Below are positions 31,950-41,663 of a DNA stretch of 64,000 bases, piece after piece. The notes beneath the pieces are model-generated. The model made no database searches, had not been told where the DNA came from, and worked only from the letters and a program-made list of their open reading frames with translations. The position numbers were made by a program, and so were the translations under genes. The first letter of the stretch is position 1. Every line of letters begins with the position of its first letter. Source of the DNA: Candidatus Nomurabacteria bacterium RIFCSPHIGHO2_01_FULL_37_25 (GTDB lineage Bacteria > Patescibacteriota > Minisyncoccia > Phycocordibacterales > UBA9973); the NCBI GenBank assembly GCA_001786765.1, contig MFTH01000010.1, forward strand, positions 34,105-98,104, read 5' to 3'.

Positions 31950-34418
31950 CTATTTCAGCAGTTCGTATTCAAACAATTTTGGCTGGATTTTTGTTTCATA
32001 ATATTTATTAAGTTTTGTTTTTAAAGCTAATAGTTTTGTATTTAGTTGAGGATGATCATAAATTATTATTTCATTTTCATCTTTATGGTTAGTATTGAGC
32101 TCATTGTCTATTTGATATGTTCCATAAGTGTATTTGAAATTGTAATTTTTGATTTTCTTAGCCTCACTTAACACTTCCTTGAATGAAGCTAAAAGTTCTT
32201 TTTCTGATTCTAAAAGTTTAAATGATTTCAATTTTTCCGTGGCAACCGTTTTACCATCAAAACATAATTCATTTCGATAAAATCTGCCATCGGAACCATC
32301 GAATGATCTGCACTTATTGAAATAAGATAGACACGTATAAATTAAACAGGATTTTAGAAAATCCTTATCATACGTATAAGCACTGCCACCATCAGATGTC
32401 TTGAAAATGGTACCTTTCTCCCACCAACGACTACCTGAATCATATTTACCAGCCGCAAAAAGTGGTAACTTTTCTAAATAATTACCGGTATGTATATAAA
32501 AACCATGACCATCATACAATCCGCAACGAACCATTGTTGTTGCCAGTCTAGGATGATCAAACCCGAACTCTCTTGAAACTAAATAACCGAGTATGGATTT
32601 ATTGAAGATTGGTTTAATCGAGGCCTTAGTATACTGCTTTTGTGTTTCTCTCCCATCTAACTCAAGTAGAACTCCGACATCATCACTGTTTGTTGCTTCA
32701 TATTTATCATATAATTTACTAATAAGATTATGCGCTTTTTTTACTTTAACCTTATGTAGAGGTGAGATATTCAAAACATTGGTATTTGAGGTACCTTGTA
32801 TATCTATATCGTAAGCCATTAATATAAGTTCTTCCTTTTTCTCATCTAAGTTTTGCCATAAAATACAACTGATTGCCGATGGACCAGCATGAAAATGTAC
32901 ACGATTAAACAAGAATCCATCAATAAATTTATGATCTCCGAGACTAAGCGATTTCCAGTACTTGATAGGACTAAACAATATAAAATAATCATCTGTTTTA
33001 TTTAGATAATATTTATAAGCACTTGAAATAAAAAGATTGGATAAGTCATTTAGTGCTGGTCCTTTTAACTCTCCTCGCAATTGTTCTTTTACATAACTCG
33101 TATAACCCTTAGTTGCATTGGTATGGCTATTGCTTGCAGTATCACGAAATGGTGGATTTTCTAATAAAATAATATTAATTTTTTTATCTTTTACAAAATT
33201 ATTCAACTCAAAAATAGAGTTAATATACTCCTTACTCATTTTTATTTTTCCTTTGCCGAGTATAAATTGCTCACTCAGTGCATCACCCCCATTAACTAAG
33301 GCCTCCTTACCAGAAATTTCACCTGGAGGCGGAATAATCATTTTTACTTTGTTGCCGATGCGTTCATTTAAAACAACCCATTCTTTCAATTCATAGGTGT
33401 TAACAATGGCGTGAGATAATTCATTGTCAAAAATATAATCTCTGATTTTAGTTTTTGTTGGAAATTTTTCAAGGTATTTAAGAGTTATTTGATTAACATC
33501 ATCAAGTTTTAATCTTTTTAGTATGTGGGGGATAAAGTTTGCTTTTTCTGAAATATATTTTTCAATAAACTCATCTGATAAATATTTTTGCAATTCACCA
33601 ATAGTAATATCATTTACCTGTTTATCAGTTAAGAATTCCAAAAGATTGCCGGTTCCAGCGCAACGATCAAGAATAATATAATCATTACTTTTCGGAATCT
33701 GAGCAATAGCTTTACGCACAAGCTCAATGGCTTTTTTGCAGTAGCTAGGAGGCGTATAAAAAGCACCGAGCTCCTTGCGGTGCATCTTATCATTTAGAAG
33801 ATCCATTATATATTTAAAGTCTTTTTCTTCTCCTTTCCATGGATAAATGAACCTTTTAAAATATTTTGGCTCACGAAATTCTTCAAATAATTTAATCTTA
33901 GTGGCTTTAGGATTTTCAGAATAAAAACGATTGGACCAACCGACAACGTCATAGATATCGATAGTCACTTTAGTAAAATTGTTTGTTTGCACTAATTCAA
34001 TGATGCGTTGAATTCCGACTGGTTTATCGTATTTAATAACCTCCGGTTTTATTATTGTACTAAACTTATCATTGCCCTTACTAGCAGCGCCGATAAAAGG
34101 AGGACAGTTAATATATTTATTGGCAAAATCTTGAGACTTAAAGAGGTAGGCAATTTCTTGATTCAGATCTACTAATAAAATGTTTGCAGGAATACTAACA
34201 CCCTTGACACGCATATGGTTTAGATATTTTAGCGCTTGAAAAAGGGTGGTATTGATATTATTTATGTTAAGTTTAAATTCAAATATATTTCCATTATAGA
34301 TACCGTCAGTATTGTTGCTAAGTTCGGTATCTGTAATACCAAATTTACCAAAAAATTCAATTTGCCCTTCGCGCTCAGATAGAAAATTATTTACAGATTT
34401 AAATGTTTTTTTTATCAT
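31950..34418 (-). CDS. Fused nuclease / N6-adenine methyltransferase (type IIG-like R-M)
   Basis: D...EFK nuclease-like motif, GAFYTP, ILDRCAGTGN, ENPPF. Confidence 0.75.
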   Translation of the reverse strand: MIKKTFKSVNNFLSEREGQIEFFGKFGITDTELSNNTDGIYNGNIFEFKLNINNINTTLFQALKYLNHMRVKGVSIPANILLVDLNQEIAYLFKSQDFANKYINCPPFIGAASKGNDKFSTIIKPEVIKYDKPVGIQRIIELVQTNNFTKVTIDIYDVVGWSNRFYSENPKATKIKLFEEFREPKYFKRFIYPWKGEEKDFKYIMDLLNDKMHRKELGAFYTPPSYCKKAIELVRKAIAQIPKSNDYIILDRCAGTGNLLEFLTDKQVNDITIGELQKYLSDEFIEKYISEKANFIPHILKRLKLDDVNQITLKYLEKFPTKTKIRDYIFDNELSHAIVNTYELKEWVVLNERIGNKVKMIIPPPGEISGKEALVNGGDALSEQFILGKGKIKMSKEYINSIFELNNFVKDKKINIILLENPPFRDTASNSHTNATKGYTSYVKEQLRGELKGPALNDLSNLFISSAYKYYLNKTDDYFILFSPIKYWKSLSLGDHKFIDGFLFNRVHFHAGPSAISCILWQNLDEKKEELILMAYDIDIQGTSNTNVLNISPLHKVKVKKAHNLISKLYDKYEATNSDDVGVLLELDGRETQKQYTKASIKPIFNKSILGYLVSREFGFDHPRLATTMVRCGLYDGHGFYIHTGNYLEKLPLFAAGKYDSGSRWWEKGTIFKTSDGGSAYTYDKDFLKSCLIYTCLSYFNKCRSFDGSDGRFYRNELCFDGKTVATEKLKSFKLLESEKELLASFKEVLSEAKKIKNYNFKYTYGTYQIDNELNTNHKDENEIIIYDHPQLNTKLLALKTKLNKYYETKIQPKLFEYELLK

Positions 34419-34524
34419 AAATTTATTTCAAAAGTTCATCCGCAGAAACCCCTAACGCTTTTGCTAATCTCATAAAAAAACGGATTCGTTTCATATTTTA
34501 CCCTAGTTTTTGATTCGTTCATAA

Positions 34525-35676
34525 TTATTTTTCGGCGCCACTAAACAAGCTAACATATTCATCATAAATATATGATTGACCATATTTCTTATCTTTATCT
34601 TTTGGAGTAAGAATCCCTATTTTTATAAATCTATCAATAACAGTCTGTGCTCCTGCGCGAGTAAACCCTGTCCATTTTTGAACGACAGTATTGTTTACGA
34701 TCGGTTGTCCGTAAAGTTTAGGTAAAACTTTAATGGCGCTTTCTGATGCTCGCTTACCCAATGTCTGTACTTTTCCCATATCCTGTTGGCGTAGCATGGT
34801 GATTTTGCCAACAATATCAATCGCCTCATTAGCAATCTCAATAACTCCATCAAGAAAAAAATCCACCCAATCAGACACAACCCCATGATGATAACCAAAA
34901 AGCTTCTCGTAATAGAGTTGCTGATGTTTCTTGAAGTAAGATGATAAGAAAAGTACCGGCTTCTCAAGAAATTTTTCTTTCCATAAATAGAAAGTGATGA
35001 GCATGCGACCCGTCCTGCCATTTCCATCAAGAAAAGGGTGGATTGTCTCAAATTGCGCGTGCAAAAGACCCGCCTTGATAACGGTCAAGGTCCCATCTTC
35101 ATCGTGCATATAATTCTCAAGATCGGTAAGCGCTTTATGCATCGCATCTACCGGAGGCGGTACAAATCGCGCGTTGTCGGGCCGAGTTCCTCCAATCCAG
35201 TTTTGAGTTTTACGAAACTCGCCAGGATCAGAAAAGTGAGTAGCTCTGGCTTTGTGCATCAATTTTTCGTGAAGTTCTCGGATGAACCGCAGAGTTAAGG
35301 GAAAGTCATCCGCCACTATGCGCTTCATTCCATAATTTAAAGCCTTAATGTAATGCAAAATATCATCAACATCTTCAGGAATGTTTGTATTGATTTTGAC
35401 TTCCGCCTCAATGGCATCAATCATCGTCGCCATAGTGCCCTCGATTTGGCTTGACGAGGCGGCGTCTTTGCGTAAGTACATAAGCAAGAAAAAATCAGCG
35501 TCAGGCAAAAGCTTGGTGATGCCATCTAATTTGCCAAGGAGCCGTGTTGCTTCGTTGTTTTTCTTAAGAATTTTTGAATCAAAATCAAAATTCTCTTTTG
35601 GCGGAAAAGGATTAGGAATAAAGGCTTTAAATCCTTCTTTTTGCTCTTTATTTATGCCAATTTGTATTGATTTCAT
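34525..35676 (-). CDS. Fic family protein
   Basis: SSQIEGT, HPFLDGNGRTGR. Confidence 0.93.
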   Translation of the reverse strand: MKSIQIGINKEQKEGFKAFIPNPFPPKENFDFDSKILKKNNEATRLLGKLDGITKLLPDADFFLLMYLRKDAASSSQIEGTMATMIDAIEAEVKINTNIPEDVDDILHYIKALNYGMKRIVADDFPLTLRFIRELHEKLMHKARATHFSDPGEFRKTQNWIGGTRPDNARFVPPPVDAMHKALTDLENYMHDEDGTLTVIKAGLLHAQFETIHPFLDGNGRTGRMLITFYLWKEKFLEKPVLFLSSYFKKHQQLYYEKLFGYHHGVVSDWVDFFLDGVIEIANEAIDIVGKITMLRQQDMGKVQTLGKRASESAIKVLPKLYGQPIVNNTVVQKWTGFTRAGAQTVIDRFIKIGILTPKDKDKKYGQSYIYDEYVSLFSGAEK

Positions 35677-35714
35677 AAGGTTTGTTTCTATCTTTTTTAT
35701 AATGTATACAACTT

Positions 35715-35851
35715 TGAATTACGAAACTCGTCGAAGGCATGTCTTTTTTAGGGGGTTTCGAGGCTGTCGAGCCGAGAACTTCAGGATTTTTTAAGCTTAA
35801 AAAAATCCGTACCCTAGAAAAAGACATGCCTAGAAAGAGTTTTGTAATTCA
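35715..35851. mobile_element. 137-bp foldback element, copy 1
   Basis: TGAATTACGAAACTC TIR with nested stems; near-identical to 36141-36297. Confidence 0.85.
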
Positions 35852-35979
35852 TGATATACAAAGTATAGCAGTTTGTATCTTTTTGGTCAAGAGATGTATA
35901 CAAACCTACGATTCCCCACTAAACGCCTTATTCATCGTGAATTACCTCATTTTTCACTCGTTCCCTCTGAAGTTTCGAT

Positions 35980-36054
35980 TGGTGAGCGTGGATGGAATCG
36001 GACCATCGGCCTCTGTCTTATCAGGACAGCGTTCTACCACTGAACTACACGCTC
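35980..36054 (-). tRNA. tRNA-Ile(GAT)
   Basis: GAGCGTG/CACGCTC-A-CCA; CTGTC-CTGATAA-GACAG. Confidence 0.93.
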
Positions 36055-36082
36055 ATACTTAAATTTTAAAATGACACTGAAA

Positions 36083-36123
36083 GCCGACGATTCTGTCGGC
36101 TCCCCGACCAAATGCGTCGGGGC
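36083..36123. repeat. CCGAC/GTCGG double hairpin, intergenic copy
   Basis: AGCCGAC-GATTCT-GTCGGCT and CCCCGAC...GTCGGGG. Confidence 0.7.
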
Positions 36124-36140
36124 TACACGCTCAAAACTTG

Positions 36141-36297
36141 TGAATTACGAAACTCGTCGAAGGCATGTCTTTTTTAGGGGGTTTCGAGGCTGTCGAGCCG
36201 AGAACTTCAGGATTTTTCAACCTGCCTGCCGGCAGGCAGGGCTTCGAAAAATCCGTATCCTAGAAAAAGACATGCCTAGAAAGAGTTTCGTAATTCA
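36141..36297. mobile_element. 137-bp foldback element, copy 2, with nested 20-bp palindrome
   Basis: Copy 1 plus CCTGCCTGCCGGCAGGCAGG at 36221-36240. Confidence 0.85.
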
Positions 36298-36330
36298 AAG
36301 TCAAAACATAAACAAATATAACATAAACAA

Positions 36331-36361
36331 AACAAAAAACCACCCAAGGTGGTTTTTTGTT
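36331..36361 (-). terminator. Terminator after the RRM gene
   Basis: AACAAAAAACCACC-CAA-GGTGGTTTTTTGTT. Confidence 0.7.
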
Positions 36362-36404
36362 TAATCTTTTGTCTAAATATAAACCCACGCTAAGCGTGAT
36401 AAGT

Positions 36405-36725
36405 TTAGTATTCTCGGCGTCCACCTCCTCCCCCATAACCTCCTCGGTCATTGCCTCCACTTCTTGGTGGTCGAGCTTCCATAGGGCGAGCTTCATTGAC
36501 AGTAAGTTTACGTCCTTCGAATTCTTGGTCATTAAACATAGAGATAGCTTTTGTTGCTTCATCCTGTGTTGCCATTTCTACGAATCCAAAACCTTTTGAA
36601 CGACCAGACATCTTGTCCATAATAATCACAGCAGATACAACTGATCCTGCTTGCGCGAAGAGCTCTTTCAGAGCGTCTTCTTGAGTGCTGTAAGGGAGTC
36701 CCCCTACATATAGCTTTGTAGCCAT
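36405..36725 (-). CDS. RRM RNA-binding protein with Gly-rich tail
   Basis: LYVGGL (RNP2), SKGFGFVEM (RNP1). Confidence 0.95.
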   Translation of the reverse strand: MATKLYVGGLPYSTQEDALKELFAQAGSVVSAVIIMDKMSGRSKGFGFVEMATQDEATKAISMFNDQEFEGRKLTVNEARPMEARPPRSGGNDRGGYGGGGGRREY

Positions 36726-36972
36726 ATTGTTACTTCTTCCTTTTTTACGAAAAAGGACAAAAAACTACTTAATAAAACGTAGAAACTCTTTCGCTTAAGT
36801 GAGAAACTACCTAGATAGTGTAATATAAAATAAATTAAAACGCAAACAATTTACTAACTTTCTATTTCTCATCTTAAAGAACTTTTACACAACTAGCGAG
36901 TACATTAAAAAAAGTTATTTTTTTGTTTTTGTTTCTTTTTTCATACGACTAAAACTAAGCAGAAATTCTGGT

Positions 36973-37449
36973 TCATTCTTTCATGCAAACATCCCTACAA
37001 ACTTTTACACCGTCCTCATTGGCGCAAGACAAACATTCAGAGGAAAGTTTACAGTTGTAAGTAACCTCTGTGGGTTTATAGCCCTTTAACATATTAATTG
37101 TAATATCTTCTGCTGGATATTCATATTGTTGCGCAGTAATATACCCGGCCTTTTTTGACATCAAATTGGCAGAACTCCCAACCCTGTATAAAATCTGAAA
37201 ATAACCTAAAGAATCTGTGTGTACGCTATTCACATACATTTTATCCCACACAATGTTGCCATTTTGGAAACCCCAACCAACTTGGTTTACAGAAACTTCT
37301 GCATTATTTATAACTTCGTTAGTCCCACAATCGCGTACATAGCCACTAATAACTTTCTCGCGACGAGTGTAAATAAAAAATACTGTAATAACCAAGATAA
37401 GAATTAATCCTAGAAACAATCTTGTTTTTGAAGTAAATAGTAAATTCAT
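36973..37449 (-). CDS. Exported protein (carboxypeptidase regulatory-like fold, Cys-rich tail)
   Basis: N-terminal TM; ISGYVRD, TDSLGYF, K.GY. Confidence 0.65.
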   Translation of the reverse strand: MNLLFTSKTRLFLGLILILVITVFFIYTRREKVISGYVRDCGTNEVINNAEVSVNQVGWGFQNGNIVWDKMYVNSVHTDSLGYFQILYRVGSSANLMSKKAGYITAQQYEYPAEDITINMLKGYKPTEVTYNCKLSSECLSCANEDGVKVCRDVCMKE

Positions 37450-37461
37450 AAGAATGTAATT

Positions 37462-37535
37462 GACTCAATAAATTTCTGAATTACTTTGAATTATATCACA
37501 CCCATCTATAAGGGATACTAAAAGATAAAGTGGAT
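37462..37535. repeat. Direct repeat of the prfA-downstream promoter block
   Basis: About 70 bp near-identical to 38860-38930. Confidence 0.85.
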
Positions 37536-37538
37536 AAA

Positions 37539-37829
37539 TTATTTCAGATTTATTTCAAGCTTCTCTACCCGCACAGTTAGATTATCTATTTTTCTATCAT
37601 AAGCTACATGGTCAGTATACAAAGTGGAAATATTGTCTCTGAAAGATTTACTATCTTCGTGTACCGCTTTAATTTCTTTCAACACTACTTGCAATACATC
37701 TCCTTGAGTTTTTTGTGTTTTCAAGTCTGCTTTTGTAGCCATCTTATTTTCTAACCTCTCAAAACTATTATTCATTATAATAACTAGTTTATCGATGGTC
37801 ATCTTTTTAGTTTTTGTTTCTTTTTTCAT
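37539..37829 (-). CDS. Coiled-coil hypothetical protein
   Basis: MATKADL motif; LTVRVEKLE tail. Confidence 0.7.
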   Translation of the reverse strand: MKKETKTKKMTIDKLVIIMNNSFERLENKMATKADLKTQKTQGDVLQVVLKEIKAVHEDSKSFRDNISTLYTDHVAYDRKIDNLTVRVEKLEINLK

Positions 37830-37947
37830 ACTCCTGAATCATACTAAACACTATTTTTTATGCAAACTATGGATTACTCTTCCTTCTTCTCTACTTGATG
37901 ACTTAGAAAAGGAATAACGTGCATCTTGAGACGCACGTCATTAAAAA

Positions 37948-38028
37948 CTACCACCGTAGAGTCCTGAAAAAGAATATTACGGCGAGATAAAAAACGACAC
38001 TAAAAACCACAATACCTAGAATTTCCAT
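37948..38028 (-). CDS. Putative 26-aa membrane peptide
   Basis: MEILGIVVFSVVFYLAVIFFFRTLRW preceded by AGAAAGGGG. Confidence 0.4.
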   Translation of the reverse strand: MEILGIVVFSVVFYLAVIFFFRTLRW

Positions 38029-38090
38029 CACAAAAAACCCCTTTCTTCTGGATGTACTGTGTTGTTTTTTTGTTACATCCGCCGGTTAAT

Positions 38091-38128
38091 ATATCACAAA
38101 GATACTAAAAGATAAAGTGGATTACTCA
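38091..38128. repeat. Partial copy of the prfA junction repeat
   Basis: ATATCACA..GATACTAAAAGATAAAGTGGATTACTC. Confidence 0.75.
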
Positions 38129-38207
38129 ATGTCTTTCGTAATATGCTCGATATTTTATACTCCGCTAAGCCATATCTTATTTTGATTTTTTGTAAATCTG
38201 ATCATGA

Positions 38208-38831
38208 TTACTTAGTAAATTTAAAGGTTTTAGCTATCTGGCGGGCCACATTTATTCTTTCCTCCCCATCTTTAGAAGGAAAGGTGCCAAAACTATAACC
38301 CGTGTTATCCTTTACAAAGATTGTCGAAATACTAATATTCTGAAATCTATCCGTTACAACTATTTCTTTTGCTGGCAGTCCAGAAAAGATACTTTCTTTC
38401 CAATTTAAACTGGCATCATATTTATTTTTTAGAAACTCTTGTAAATTTGTCTGATCAGGATAAACACTTAAGCCTATATGAAACTTATATGTTGGCTCAC
38501 TTGATGGACGAAGAGTAACAATAGTAGATCTAACACCATAATTGTCATTATCTTCTAGCCAATCATCCGGATACTTAAACTCAAACCCATACTTTTCATT
38601 GCGATAGGTTTTCCAATTTACGGTTTCATCTTTAATAGGATCAATAAGTAGTAATGTTTCACCACTTTTCTTCTCAACCACATCATCTGATACTTGAACA
38701 TTATCCCCTATTGGTACTTGAGTACCTTTGCCCCCATTTAGAAAAAAACCCATCTTCAAAACTCCCACACCTAAAATGGCTACAATGCCGACTACGACGA
38801 GTATGCCGATAAAGCCAAATCCTTTTTGCAT
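38208..38831 (-). CDS. Exported protein with pilin-like N-terminus and PsbP-like domain
   Basis: MQKGF + TM; WKTYRNEKYGFEFKYPDDW. Confidence 0.75.
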   Translation of the reverse strand: MQKGFGFIGILVVVGIVAILGVGVLKMGFFLNGGKGTQVPIGDNVQVSDDVVEKKSGETLLLIDPIKDETVNWKTYRNEKYGFEFKYPDDWLEDNDNYGVRSTIVTLRPSSEPTYKFHIGLSVYPDQTNLQEFLKNKYDASLNWKESIFSGLPAKEIVVTDRFQNISISTIFVKDNTGYSFGTFPSKDGEERINVARQIAKTFKFTK

Positions 38832-38859
38832 AAAATAAAAAATAATTTGTTAATAATAC

Positions 38860-38938
38860 GACTCAATAAATTTCTGAATTACTTTGAATTATACCACACA
38901 CATCCATAAGGGATACTAAAAGATAAAGTGTATTACTC
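38860..38938. repeat. Native prfA junction/promoter block
   Basis: Starts at the prfA GAG-TAA; contains TGGTATAAT on the minus strand. Confidence 0.8.
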
Positions 38939-39913
38939 GTCTTCCCCCACTAATCCAGAATCAAGTGTGGCAATGATCTCCCCCATGTCGCCTTCCATGA
39001 TTTTTGGCAAATTGTGCCAAGATTTTTTGATACGATGATCGGTCACACGATCTTGTGGAAAGTTATAGGTGCGAATTTTCTCTGATCTATCGCCAGTGCC
39101 TATTTGGTCTTTACGCTCTCCCGCATACTTTTTTGCTTCTTTTTCTTCTTCTAACTGCTGTAATTTCGCAGATAAAATTTGCATCGCTTTTTCACGATTT
39201 GCGAGCTGACTTCTTTGATTACTTGAACGCACATCAATGCCAGTAGGCTTATGAATTAACCGCACAGCTGTTTCAACTTTGTTCACATTTTGTCCGCCTT
39301 TTCCTCCTGAGCGAGAATATTCCATTTCCAGATCAGCCGGATTAATTTCAAAATTTACTTTTTTTCTAATTGGAAGCACCGCCACCGACGCAGTGGAAGT
39401 ATGCACTCGGCCATTTTTCTCCGTCGCAGGTATTCTCTGCACTCGATGCACGCCTTGCTCATAACGCATTTTTTTATACACATTGTTATTTTTGTCTTTG
39501 CCTTTAATTTCAAAACTCGCTTCTTTATAACCACTCAAGTCGCTTTTGGATTCATAATTTGTTTTCCATTCCCAATTTTCCATTTCAGAAAATTTTTCAT
39601 ACATATGCGCTAACTCCCAAGCAAATAAAGAGGCTTCATCTCCACCGGCTCCAGCTCTCACCTCAAGCACTATTTCATTTGAAAAATCTTCCTTTGCTTC
39701 TTCTTCTTTATCTTTATCTAAAATTTCTTGTATTTGTTTTTCTACTCCTTCTTTTTCCTCCTGAATTGATTTCAGTTCGGCTGCCGCCATTTCATGCAAA
39801 GTTTCATCACTTGCCAACATTTCTCGCACTTCAGATTCTTGACGTTCTAAACGCTGAAGCGACTCCGCAAGATAACTCGTACGGTGGTCTTTTTTTAATT
39901 CTTCAATATTCAT
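38933..39913 (-). CDS. prfA: Peptide chain release factor 1
   Basis: [36 protein letters not shown]. Confidence 0.96.
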   Translation of the reverse strand: MNIEELKKDHRTSYLAESLQRLERQESEVREMLASDETLHEMAAAELKSIQEEKEGVEKQIQEILDKDKEEEAKEDFSNEIVLEVRAGAGGDEASLFAWELAHMYEKFSEMENWEWKTNYESKSDLSGYKEASFEIKGKDKNNNVYKKMRYEQGVHRVQRIPATEKNGRVHTSTASVAVLPIRKKVNFEINPADLEMEYSRSGGKGGQNVNKVETAVRLIHKPTGIDVRSSNQRSQLANREKAMQILSAKLQQLEEEKEAKKYAGERKDQIGTGDRSEKIRTYNFPQDRVTDHRIKKSWHNLPKIMEGDMGEIIATLDSGLVGEDE

Positions 39914-40132
39914 TTATTTTTTTATTTTCGCAGTTGCGGCGCTACGTTTTTTAAATCTTTCCACACGTCCAGCGGTGTCTATGATTTTTTCATTACCAGT
40001 ATAAAAAGGGTGGCATTGACTACAAATTTCTATTTTTATTTCAGGCATAGTTGAACCAACTTCAAAAACCGCTCCGCAGGCGCAAGTGGCTTTAGTCTTT
40101 ATATCATATTTAGGGTGTATGTCTTTTTTCAT
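39914..40132 (-). CDS. rpmE: 50S ribosomal protein L31
   Basis: [23 protein letters not shown]. Confidence 0.97.
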   Translation of the reverse strand: MKKDIHPKYDIKTKATCACGAVFEVGSTMPEIKIEICSQCHPFYTGNEKIIDTAGRVERFKKRSAATAKIKK

Positions 40133-40253
40133 CCCGTTAGAGATAGGAAACCTTTGGATTTCCGTACATAAAATTATTTTTTATAAACCGAATCAACCAT
40201 TATTATTAAATATTTCTCCTTGACCCCATTAAACTAATTGATCTTTAACGGGA
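40132..40253. mobile_element. Start-codon element at rpmE
   Basis: TCCCGTTAGAGAT / ATCTTTAACGGGA; TSD TTCA at 40128-40131 and 40254-40257. Confidence 0.9.
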
Positions 40254-40281
40254 TTCATTATCTAGAGAGATTATCATGATT

Positions 40282-41637
40282 TTAGTTGGAAAGCAAATCA
40301 ATGTTCGCTTGAATATTTTCTTTTAATTTTTTAACACTTCGACTATAACTGCAGGAAGAGCCCCCAGAACCATAATATTTACAAGCTGCTTTATTCTGCG
40401 CGCTCTGACTTGCGCCTACAGCTCCAAGATCAGTAAGATACATACTAGAAGCCATAAAAGCGTCTTCTGGAGACCATGGATTCGGATAATGTTTTAGAAT
40501 ATCTTGCAAACGATCAATAAATAACTTCCATGTAGAAGGTATAAATTGGGCTGGCCCCATGGCTCCACCCCACCCCACAACCCCGGCAATCGGACAAGAA
40601 ACTGCTGTTTGGAAAGCATTTAATTTAAGCTCTGTCGTGATTTCTAAAAATGGCCCTACATCACGAGTGGGTTTCATCACATTTGAAAATGGTGTTCCTG
40701 TATTTTTCCCTACACCTGCTCCTGTTTCAGTATTTGTCAAATAACATTGTCCAACATTTGCGCCAAGATTGCTCTCTTGAGTAAGAATTGCGAGCAAGAA
40801 AGCAGGGTCAATGCCTAGACTTGCTTTTGCAACATTGGCATATGAAAGCGCTGTACCGAAATCAATTTTTTGTGAAATACCAGCCAAATTAAAGAGGGCG
40901 CTACGAATTTTGTCAGCTTGGATTTTTTTCTGCGTCGCCAGTTTCTGATATTCCATTTCTTTATTTTTAGAAATAGCTAAAAGTTGTTTTTTTTGAGCTT
41001 CAGACTTAGCGACGGTTTTTTGCGTGCTCTCTAATTCTTCTTTTGCGTCAGTTTCAGCGTCTTGTTTTTTTTCTAAATCTTGTTTAACAACTTCATTTTG
41101 AGTTTTGATGCCTCTGATAATATCCACTGAATCTTTAACCGCTTGTTTAATGGAAGCGTAAGATTCTAAATCACCATAAAAATCCGAAATATCTTCATTG
41201 GATAAAATCAAATGCACTAGATTTTCTTCGCCAAATTCATTAGTTTTGCGTAAAAGTTGAGCGAGCGACTCATGTTCGCGCTCTATTTTATTTGTTAGTG
41301 ATTTAATGGTGCTTACCCTCTCCGCAATATTTACTTTTAATTGAGCGATGATGAGCGCTCGCGCTTTTATTTTTGTTTTGAGAGCATTAATCTGGCTAGT
41401 CAAATAATCCACATCCCCTTTGATAGTACCGGTTTGCTTTTGCTGTTCTTTTTGTTTATTTAATAAATCTGCAAGTTGAGCTTCAATCTGTGTAAGTTCA
41501 CTGCGACAATAATCTTTTTCAGACTGAGTAGAAGATGTTTTTAAAGTTAAACAATCAAAAACGGCTCCCGCTTTATATATGGATATGCTTAAAAAAAGGA
41601 AAAAAATAAAAATAAAAACCATGGTTCTTTTCACCAT
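40282..41637 (-). CDS. Secreted coiled-coil lytic murein transglycosylase
   Basis: Signal peptide, long coiled coil, ILTQES, GAMGPAQFIPSTW. Confidence 0.85.
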   Translation of the reverse strand: MVKRTMVFIFIFFLFLSISIYKAGAVFDCLTLKTSSTQSEKDYCRSELTQIEAQLADLLNKQKEQQKQTGTIKGDVDYLTSQINALKTKIKARALIIAQLKVNIAERVSTIKSLTNKIEREHESLAQLLRKTNEFGEENLVHLILSNEDISDFYGDLESYASIKQAVKDSVDIIRGIKTQNEVVKQDLEKKQDAETDAKEELESTQKTVAKSEAQKKQLLAISKNKEMEYQKLATQKKIQADKIRSALFNLAGISQKIDFGTALSYANVAKASLGIDPAFLLAILTQESNLGANVGQCYLTNTETGAGVGKNTGTPFSNVMKPTRDVGPFLEITTELKLNAFQTAVSCPIAGVVGWGGAMGPAQFIPSTWKLFIDRLQDILKHYPNPWSPEDAFMASSMYLTDLGAVGASQSAQNKAACKYYGSGGSSCSYSRSVKKLKENIQANIDLLSN

Positions 41638-41663
41638 AGTCTTTATTATAGCATAAAATTATA

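Noticed and set aside
35739-36364. ORFs 35739-36062 and 36071-36364 (also 53960-54163)
   Set aside because: They are translations of the foldback repeats and of tRNA antisense.
37462-38938. CRISPR array or integron attC sites
   Set aside because: Repeats are irregular and non-palindromic, separated by whole genes, with no GTTRRRY/RYYYAAC cores and no integrase.
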